Shown here one piece after another: positions 57,186-64,000 of a stretch of 64,000 nt of DNA. This DNA is from an uncultured Armatimonadetes bacterium (GTDB lineage Bacteria; Armatimonadota; UBA5829; DTJY01). The notes under the pieces are model-generated. The model saw only the letters and a program-made list of their open reading frames with translations, searched no databases and had not been told where the DNA came from. Where the stretch lies: the NCBI GenBank assembly GCA_963717145.1, contig OY970325.1, forward strand, positions 3,936,001 to 4,000,000. Reading direction: 5' to 3'. Position 1 is the stretch's first letter. Each line of letters starts with the position of its first letter. Position numbers and translations under genes: made by a program.

Positions 57186-57229
57186 ACAGATGCGTACTCA
57201 GGACTAGCGGGTCATGCTGCGCTCCAGGG

Positions 57230-59281
57230 TTAGGGGTTCATGATGGTTATGCCGGTTGCGCGGAGGAGCCGGTAGAGGTCGGTTCCCGTCTTGGAGCACG
57301 AACTTACCCCGGTGACCTTGACGTACTTGCCAAGCGGCGGCAAGGTGAGTCCCGTGGCTAACACTTTCACACCCTTGTACTGGCTGTTGTCTTGCGCCTT
57401 CGATCCATCATTCACATAGAAGTAGTTGGTTCCGACGTAGCTGACCTCCCCCGAGGTGCATACAAGTAGCCCGATGTTGTTCAGATCGATGGCATCCTTG
57501 ATGCCCTTCTGCCCCGCGCCGGTGGCCGGGTCGTACTCCCAGTCGGCGCCACCGACCCGGCGGTTCACGACGAGCAGTGGCTCCACCGAGCCGTCCCCGT
57601 TGTGTGTCACCGTCGTCGCGTTGATGTACTTCTCGCCGCCGACATTGGTGGAGGGAGTGCCCAGGACATCTGCTTTCATTCCGACCGCCATGCCGTGTCC
57701 CGACTTGTACACGCCGATGCCGGTCGAGCAATCGGCGGCCTCGATGTAGAACGTGCTGCCGAACACGCCTGTCACGATCCCTCCGCTGAGGAATATCGGG
57801 TCGCCGCCGTTCGGTAGCCGCTTGGCATCACAGATGGGGATCGTCGGGTTCACGTAGATGCTGTACGCCTTGATGCAGGCGTTCGTGTTCGAGTAGGACG
57901 AGGTCAGGTCTGACCAGGAGGCGCCGTTCGGGCTGATGTAGCTCTCCCCCGGATGAGCCGTTGCGGTGCTGCTGTAGTTGCCCGCCGGGAATTCCATCGC
58001 GATGGGCCAGTTGTAGCCGGGGGTGGTCAGCTTGATCACGATGGAGAACCTCTGGCCCGGCGAAACCGTCACCGGCGTGTCGAAGACGATCGTGTGGTAG
58101 CCGGCGTCGGTCAGTGTGCCGGTCTTCCGCGACGCCCAGCCGGACGTGTTGATCGGTCCCGAATTGGGATCGACATGGATGTACGCGTCGTAGGTGGTTC
58201 CGGGCGACCCGGCATAGAACCCGGCGGCGAGCATCCGTCCGCTCTCGGCTGAGGTGAAGATGTTCGCGCCCCATGCGGTGTTGCTCCCATAGCCCACGCT
58301 GGACACCCAGCCGAGCGGATCGTATTGGTAGACTCGATCGTAGTTGTTGAGCGCTGAGGCGTTGCAGAAAACGATGTTGTCGTGCGCCACGGTGGTGTCG
58401 TAGTATGACTGGTAGAAGTAGCCGCTCTGTCCCCAGCCTGTCCCCCAGCTATTCCTGACGATGAACGCGCCGTTCGCCGGTGGAACGGTCGAGAACTTGG
58501 TCCTGTCGAAGTTGTCATCCCAGCCCACGATGCAAACGGCGTGGTTCAGGTTGTATGCGCCATTGTAGTAATACGCGCAGTTGCCGCTGTTGTAGTATGT
58601 GCCATCCCACTGGAAGGTATTGTAGACCGCACCGTAGGTCATCACCGCTTGCTTGATCGCGTCGTTATCCGTGTAGCTGCTTCGGTCAGGCAGGAATATG
58701 ACGTCCTGGACGTGCTTCTGGATCGGGAGTCCGGCGGGCGACGTGCAACTGGACTGGTTATACGGATCGCTCACCTCATTGATCGGGCCGCCCCATCTCG
58801 TCAGATATGCCGTCGTCATCTGGTGGTTACCGCCGGCGCAGCACTGGATGTCGAACCCGCTGAGGTTCTTGAGGTTGTTCTCGGAGAAATCCCTCGACTC
58901 GCCCGGCATCAGGCATGATTCCATCGAGCCGTATGCCGCGAACGACCAGCAACTCCCGCAGCCCCCCTGGTTCCTGATCGCCGTGAGCTTCCCCGTCGCG
59001 CGCAGGTCATAGGTTGCGGGAAGGCTGAGGATGCCGCGATCGACCTTTGCATTCTTCATGTGCGAGAGGTCAACGGGCGATGGGATGGCTCCGAGGCCGT
59101 GGCCTTCCCCGGTCAGGGCCTGGATGCCGTCGGAGGAGGCCGCCTGTTGGTACTGCACGAATGCCGGATTCAGAGGCGCAGCGCTCGGTTTCGCGGTCTG
59201 AGCGAAACAGGTTTCCATCGCCAGGAAGATCAGCAGGCAAACGAGGATCACCTGCTCTGAGCGCGTTCTCCGAAGTCCCAT
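57230..59281 (-). CDS. Papain-family (C1A) cysteine peptidase with a lectin-like domain and the shared C-terminal domain
   Basis: RNQGGCGSCWSF (catalytic Cys), NHAVCIVGWDD (His), VRNSWG (Asn); YQYDPLG...NACIKAY; C-terminal LNNIGLLVCTSGEV...FYVNDGS...GVKV...KVTGVSS. Confidence 0.9.
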   Translation of the reverse strand: MGLRRTRSEQVILVCLLIFLAMETCFAQTAKPSAAPLNPAFVQYQQAASSDGIQALTGEGHGLGAIPSPVDLSHMKNAKVDRGILSLPATYDLRATGKLTAIRNQGGCGSCWSFAAYGSMESCLMPGESRDFSENNLKNLSGFDIQCCAGGNHQMTTAYLTRWGGPINEVSDPYNQSSCTSPAGLPIQKHVQDVIFLPDRSSYTDNDAIKQAVMTYGAVYNTFQWDGTYYNSGNCAYYYNGAYNLNHAVCIVGWDDNFDRTKFSTVPPANGAFIVRNSWGTGWGQSGYFYQSYYDTTVAHDNIVFCNASALNNYDRVYQYDPLGWVSSVGYGSNTAWGANIFTSAESGRMLAAGFYAGSPGTTYDAYIHVDPNSGPINTSGWASRKTGTLTDAGYHTIVFDTPVTVSPGQRFSIVIKLTTPGYNWPIAMEFPAGNYSSTATAHPGESYISPNGASWSDLTSSYSNTNACIKAYSIYVNPTIPICDAKRLPNGGDPIFLSGGIVTGVFGSTFYIEAADCSTGIGVYKSGHGMAVGMKADVLGTPSTNVGGEKYINATTVTHNGDGSVEPLLVVNRRVGGADWEYDPATGAGQKGIKDAIDLNNIGLLVCTSGEVSYVGTNYFYVNDGSKAQDNSQYKGVKVLATGLTLPPLGKYVKVTGVSSCSKTGTDLYRLLRATGITIMNP

Positions 59282-59312
59282 CGAAACTCCCTTTGCCCTT
59301 GCGAATCGGCGA

Positions 59313-59377
59313 GTAGTGGCCGCGCCTCCGTGCCGGCCATCCCTGTGCTGTGGCCGGCACGGAGGCGCGGCCACTAC
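59313..59377. repeat. GTAG-type REP/REPIN-like palindrome, copy 4
   Basis: GTAGTGGCCGCGCCTCCGTGCCGGCCA...TGGCCGGCACGGAGGCGCGGCCACTAC. Confidence 0.88.
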
Positions 59378-59501
59378 TCGAGTTTAGCCCAGCAGCTTCG
59401 GTCTGTCAAGCAATCCCCGCAAAAACCAGTACAATTGCGGGGATATCTCAGATTGCTCGCCAGGCAGCATATAATACTATGAATTGTCAGCACTCGTCAT
59501 C

Positions 59502-59531
59502 TTGACAAGGGCTGACGGACTATTCTATACT
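59502..59531 (+). promoter_or_regulatory. Sigma70 promoter for the synthase-aconitase-IDH cluster
   Basis: TTGACA-N18-TATACT, ~105 nt upstream of ATG 59638. Confidence 0.55.
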
Positions 59532-59637
59532 GTCGCCGGGAAAGCAACCGGTCCGAACCACGTGCCGGTTTCGAGGGCTGTCATTCTTCGCCGCGCTCAG
59601 AATGACAGCCGGGTAGTCGTAGCGAAAGGAGTTCTTA

Positions 59638-60864
59638 ATGCCTAAGATTTACCTGATAGATGTCACCAACAGGGACGGCGTGCAGGCCTCGAGGATCGGC
59701 ATTGCCAAGCTTCAGAAGACAATGGTCAACGTCCTGCTGAACGAGATGGGCGTCTACCAAACCGAGATGGGTTTCCCATTCACACGCCACGAAGCGAACT
59801 ACATCAATGCCAACCTGGAACTCCAGCAGATGGGCGTCCTGAAGCCGATCGTCCTCGAGGGCTGGTGCAGAGGGATCGTGAAGGACGTCCAGGACGCGTT
59901 CAAGCATACTACGATCAAGGACTTCAACCTTTCGATCTCGACATCCGACCAGATGATCGCGAATAAGTTCAAGGGCAAGCTCGATCGTGACAGCATCATC
60001 GCGGAAACGACCGAGGCCGTCCACGCCGCCCGCGAAGGCGGGGCGCGAACTGTCGGTGTGAACTCCGAGGACGCATCCCGGACGGACATGGGCTACCTCG
60101 TTCGGTTCGCGAAGGCGGTCAAGGACTCCGGCGCGGACAGGATGCGATACTGCGACACCCTGGGGGTTGACGACCCGAACACCATTTATGAGCGGATCAA
60201 CCATATCGCGAAGGAAGTCGGCATCCCGATCGAGTTGCACTGTCACAACGACCTGGGCATGGTGATCGCCAATTCCGTCATGGGCGCGAAGGGCGCGATC
60301 GACGCCGGGGTGGACGCTTTCATCAACACGACCGTCAACGGCGTCGGCGAGAGGGCAGGGAACGCAGACCTGGTTTCCGTTATTCTCGCCCTGAGATACT
60401 CCACCCTGAGGGACCTCAACCTCCTCGACGAGCGAATCGATCTCTCGAAGGCCTGGAAGATCAGCCGGTACGGTTCCCATGCGTTCGGGCTGCCGATCCC
60501 GATCAACCAGCCGGGTGTCGGAGCGAATGCCTTCGCCCACGAGTCGGGAATCCATGCGGACGGCGCGCTCAAGGACCGGAAGAATTACGAGCTGTACGAC
60601 TTCGAGGAACTCGGTCGCGGCGAACCGGAGTGCACTGATACCGGGCGCGTGATCACCACCGGTGAGTACGGCGGGATTCGAGGCTTCCTGAAGGTCTACG
60701 AGGATCTCGGCATCCAGTTCGAGACATCAGAGCAGGCGAGCCGCGGACTGGAACTCTGCCAGTATGCCAACCTGCACACCGGCAAGCCGCTTCACGAGGA
60801 GGAACTGCGGTTCCTGGCGGCGTACCCCGAGCAGGCGGCGAAGATCATGACCGTCACGCCTTAG
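59638..60864 (+). CDS. DRE-TIM acyltransferase: homocitrate-synthase-like, probable Re-citrate synthase
   Basis: DVTNRDGVQ, EDASR, HCHNDLG, NGVGERAGN, FAHESGIHADG; no LeuA allosteric domain; upstream of aconitase and IDH. Confidence 0.8.
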   Translation: MPKIYLIDVTNRDGVQASRIGIAKLQKTMVNVLLNEMGVYQTEMGFPFTRHEANYINANLELQQMGVLKPIVLEGWCRGIVKDVQDAFKHTTIKDFNLSISTSDQMIANKFKGKLDRDSIIAETTEAVHAAREGGARTVGVNSEDASRTDMGYLVRFAKAVKDSGADRMRYCDTLGVDDPNTIYERINHIAKEVGIPIELHCHNDLGMVIANSVMGAKGAIDAGVDAFINTTVNGVGERAGNADLVSVILALRYSTLRDLNLLDERIDLSKAWKISRYGSHAFGLPIPINQPGVGANAFAHESGIHADGALKDRKNYELYDFEELGRGEPECTDTGRVITTGEYGGIRGFLKVYEDLGIQFETSEQASRGLELCQYANLHTGKPLHEEELRFLAAYPEQAAKIMTVTP

Positions 60865-60947
60865 CGCTGTGGTATTCAGAGACGATACCGTTGTAGAATA
60901 AGGGCCAGTGGCGCCAACGCCACTGGCCCATTTGATGGAGGGCAACG

Positions 60948-61691
60948 GTGACAAAAAGCAACTGGGAGCAGTTCTTCGACGGGCACGCGCCCGTTTACAT
61001 GGACAACTGCTTTACGAAGAACACCATGGCCGAGGTAGATTTCCTGTCGGAGGAACTGGCGCTTCCACGGGGCAGTCACATTTTGGACGTTGGCTGCGGT
61101 ACGGGCCGCCACTCGGTCGAGTTGGCAAAGCGCGGGTACAGGATGACGGGAGTCGATCTCTCTTCGGGCATGCTTGCAGAAGCCCGGAAGGCGGCATCCG
61201 ACGCCGGCGTGAACGTCGAACTCATACAATGTGATGCCACCCAGTACACGCCCGACGGACTGTTCGATGCGGTGATCTGCCTCTGCGAAGGAGCGTTCGG
61301 CCTTCTCGGAACAGGTGTTGATCCGCTGGAGCACGACTTGGCGATCTGGCGGCTGTTCAGTTCCGCATTGAAGCCAGGAGGCAAGCTGGTTCTCACCACC
61401 TTGAATGCGGCCCGCGGGTTCCGCGAGCACAGCGACGAGGCTGTGAGGCAAGGAGTCTTCGATCCGGTCCGGGGCATAGGGACCTGCACAATCGACTGGG
61501 ACACGCCGGAGGGCAAGAGAAGCATCTGCCTCAGGGAGCGCAGCTATACACCTTCTGAGTTGACGCTCCTTGCCCACGTGGTCGGCCTCAAAGTAGAGAA
61601 CGTGTGGGGCGGTACGGCTGGCAATTGGGGCAGGCGGATGTTTGATCTCGACGAAATGGAAATAATGGTGACTGCAAGCAAGCCGGGATGA
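60948..61691 (+). CDS. Class I SAM-dependent methyltransferase
   Basis: ILDVGCGTGRH, GVDLS, LKPGG. Confidence 0.88.
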   Translation: MTKSNWEQFFDGHAPVYMDNCFTKNTMAEVDFLSEELALPRGSHILDVGCGTGRHSVELAKRGYRMTGVDLSSGMLAEARKAASDAGVNVELIQCDATQYTPDGLFDAVICLCEGAFGLLGTGVDPLEHDLAIWRLFSSALKPGGKLVLTTLNAARGFREHSDEAVRQGVFDPVRGIGTCTIDWDTPEGKRSICLRERSYTPSELTLLAHVVGLKVENVWGGTAGNWGRRMFDLDEMEIMVTASKPG

Positions 61692-61712
61692 CAGTCGCCC
61701 AGGAGTTTGGTA

Positions 61713-63638
61713 ATGGGAAATAACGTCACGCAGAAGATATTGTCCGCTCACTTGGTGAGCGGTGAGATGGAGTCCGGCAAGGAGATCGCGATCCGGATCG
61801 ACCAGACGCTGACCCAGGACGCCACCGGGACGATGGCGTACCTGCAGTTCGAGGCGATGGGCGTTCCTCGCGTGCGGACGAAGCTCTCGGTCAGCTACAT
61901 CGACCACAACACGCTCCAGACCGGCTTCGAGAACGCGGACGATCACCGCTTCCTGCAGACCATCGCAGCCAAGTATGGACTCTATTTCTCGCGGGCCGGG
62001 AACGGCATCTGCCACCAGGTCCACCTCGAGCGATTCGGCGTCCCCGGACAGACGCTCCTCGGCTCGGACAGCCATACCCCGACCGGCGGCGGCCTCGGGA
62101 TGCTCGCGATCGGCGCGGGCGGACTCGATGTCGCGGTGGCGATGGCCGGAGGCCCGTTCTACCTCAACATGCCGCACGTCGTGCTCGTCAAGCTGACCGG
62201 CAGGCTCGGCCCTTGGGTCTCGGCGAAGGACGTGATCCTCGAACTGCTCCGACGGCTCAGCGTGAAGGGCGGAGTCGGCAAGGTCATGGAGTACGGCGGC
62301 GAGGGCGTCAGGGCGCTCTCCGTTCCCGACCGAGCGACGATCACCAACATGGGCGCTGAACTCGGCGCGACGACCTCGGTCTTCCCGAGCGACGAGCGGA
62401 CCCGCGAGTTCCTCAGGGCCGAGGGACGCGAGGACGCCTGGACACAAATCGAGGCCGATCCCGATGCCGCATACGATGAGACCATCGAGATCGATCTCTC
62501 CAGCCTGGAGCCGATGATCGCTCAACCGCATCAGCCCGACCGGGTCGTCAAGGTCAGCGAGATCGAGGGCATGAAGGTCGCCCAGGTGCTCGTCGGAAGC
62601 TGCACGAACTCGTCCTACCGCGACCTGATGACGCTCGCGGGAGCGCTCAAGGGCAAGGTCGTCCATCCCTCCGTGAGCGCCGGAGTCTCGCCCGGCTCGC
62701 GGCAGGTGTTCGAGATGATCGCTCGGAACGGCGCGCTTGGGGACCTGATCGCATCGGGCGCTCGAATCCTGGAGGCTACGTGCGGGCCGTGCATCGGCAT
62801 GGGTCAGTCGCCTCCCTCGGGCGGAGTGAGCGTCCGGACCTTCAATCGCAACTTCGAGGGCCGAAGCGGCACTCCGAGCGGCCAGATCTTCCTCGCCAGC
62901 CCGGAGGTCGCGGCGGCGGCGATGCTCACCGGCGTGCTGACCGATCCCCGCAAGCTCGGCGAACCGATCAAGGTGGAGCTGCCGGAGAGATACACAATCG
63001 ACGACGGCATGATCATGCCGCCGTCCGATCAGCCGGAAGCGGTCGAGGTCGTCCGCGGCCCGAACATCAAGCCGCTCCCGATCCGAGAGCCACTCGCGGA
63101 GACGATCAGTGGGATAGTGCTGCTCAAGACAGCGGACAACATCACGACCGACCACATCATGCCGGCGGGCGCGAGGATTCTGCCTCTGCGATCGAACATC
63201 CCCGCGATCGCAGAGCACGTCTTCGAGTGCATCGATCCTCATTTCGCCGCGCGCGCAAAGGAGGCCCACGGCGGCTTCATCGTCGGTGGCGAGAACTACG
63301 GGCAGGGATCGAGCCGCGAGCATGCCGCGCTCGCCCCGATGTACCTGGGGGTCAAGGCCGTGATCGTCAAGTCGTTCGCGCGGATCCACCGGGCGAACCT
63401 GGTGAACTTCGGCATCCTGCCGCTGACGTTCGTGAACACGGGCGACTACGACGACATGGGATTCGAAGACGAACTCGAGATCACGAACGTCCACGAGGCG
63501 TTGAAGCACGGGCCCGTGATCTCGATTACGAACAAGACCTGCGGCTGGGAGTTCGAGGTCCGCCACGACCTCACGCCTCGCCAGATTGACATCATTCTCG
63601 CAGGCGGCATGCTTAACTATACGAAGGGCAGGGCTTAG
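61713..63638 (+). CDS. Aconitate hydratase (single-chain, ~640-aa type)
   Basis: QDATGTMA, DHN, GICHQ, GSDSHT, GSCTN, CGPCIG, FNRNF, DNITTDHI, YGQGSSREHA. Confidence 0.93.
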   Translation: MGNNVTQKILSAHLVSGEMESGKEIAIRIDQTLTQDATGTMAYLQFEAMGVPRVRTKLSVSYIDHNTLQTGFENADDHRFLQTIAAKYGLYFSRAGNGICHQVHLERFGVPGQTLLGSDSHTPTGGGLGMLAIGAGGLDVAVAMAGGPFYLNMPHVVLVKLTGRLGPWVSAKDVILELLRRLSVKGGVGKVMEYGGEGVRALSVPDRATITNMGAELGATTSVFPSDERTREFLRAEGREDAWTQIEADPDAAYDETIEIDLSSLEPMIAQPHQPDRVVKVSEIEGMKVAQVLVGSCTNSSYRDLMTLAGALKGKVVHPSVSAGVSPGSRQVFEMIARNGALGDLIASGARILEATCGPCIGMGQSPPSGGVSVRTFNRNFEGRSGTPSGQIFLASPEVAAAAMLTGVLTDPRKLGEPIKVELPERYTIDDGMIMPPSDQPEAVEVVRGPNIKPLPIREPLAETISGIVLLKTADNITTDHIMPAGARILPLRSNIPAIAEHVFECIDPHFAARAKEAHGGFIVGGENYGQGSSREHAALAPMYLGVKAVIVKSFARIHRANLVNFGILPLTFVNTGDYDDMGFEDELEITNVHEALKHGPVISITNKTCGWEFEVRHDLTPRQIDIILAGGMLNYTKGRA

Positions 63639-63756
63639 AACACAGATAGCACAGATGAGAAGGGATGATGGGAGGGGAATGGCGATGGTTCATGCGAATC
63701 CGACCATTTCCCACTCCATCTGTTTCATCCTCTGCCATCTGTGTCATCTGTGTTCT
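63638..63756. repeat. CACAGAT-periodic inverted-repeat spacer
   Basis: GAACACAGATAGCACAGATG...CATCTGTGTCATCTGTGTTC, from the stop codon to the next SD. Confidence 0.75.
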
Positions 63757-63781
63757 GATGGGTCAGGAAAGGAGCATACGA

Positions 63782-64000
63782 TTGGCTTACACGATTACAC
63801 TAATCCCTGGTGACGGGGTCGGGCCGGAGCAGACTGCGGCGGCGAAGCGCGTCATCGACGCGACCGGCGTCGACATCGAGTGGGAGGTCCACGACGCCGG
63901 GATCGACGTCATGGACAAGTACGGCACCCCGCTCCCCGAGCACGTGCTGGAGAGCATCCGGCGGAACAAGGTCGCGCTCAAGGGCCCGATCACCACTCCC
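63782..64000 (+). CDS. Isocitrate/isopropylmalate dehydrogenase family protein (5' part)
   Basis: Not in the ORF track. TTG start after [25 protein letters not shown]...[12 protein letters not shown]...[10 protein letters not shown]. Confidence 0.88.
   Translation, partial: MAYTITLIPGDGVGPEQTAAAKRVIDATGVDIEWEVHDAGIDVMDKYGTPLPEHVLESIRRNKVALKGPITTP

Noticed and set aside
60876-63566. 896-aa minus-strand ORF
   Set aside because: Antisense shadow of aconitase and the methyltransferase in GC-rich DNA; no recognisable motifs.

Overview
GC-rich bacterial chromosomal window. The gene repertoire (PEP-CTERM proteins, H-X9-DG pilin-like proteins, UroD-family and carbohydrate enzymes, copper-amine-oxidase N-terminal domain, TolC and porin genes) suggests a diderm anaerobe such as Armatimonadota; this is inference, not proof. 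Contents in order: (1) 1-8.1 kb, minus strand, a multiheme electron conduit: 9-heme and 11-heme membrane-anchored cytochromes c, two cytochrome b subunits, a NapC/NirT-anchored 26-heme cytochrome, a DmsE/MtrA-type decaheme with an unusual helical insert, and a truncated outer-membrane barrel. (2) 8.3-16.3 kb, a tandemly duplicated pair of an H-X9-DG pilin-like gene and a ~1000-aa secreted repeat protein, plus an orphan C-terminal cassette. (3) Assorted metabolic and secreted-protein genes, a hicBA-like pair, and a TolC-MFP-RND metal efflux operon led by a Cys-rich RPP-ending uORF; the RND gene is broken by many indels, probably assembly errors. (4) An ECF sigma factor fused to two soluble PilC/T2SS-F domains and HEAT repeats. 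(5) A glycyl-radical enzyme, large secreted multidomain enzymes, PEP-CTERM proteins, queC, and a homocitrate/Re-citrate synthase-aconitase-IDH cluster. Main highlights: five unrelated secreted proteins share one ~190-aa C-terminal domain (candidate sorting or anchoring signal); the sigma-PilC fusion; a large set of palindromic and periodic repeat elements, several translated in frame inside genes; and candidate ncRNAs at ~22.8 kb and ~40.6-41.2 kb. No rRNA, tRNA, CRISPR array or transposase was recognised. All product calls come from motif recognition by eye, without database searches.
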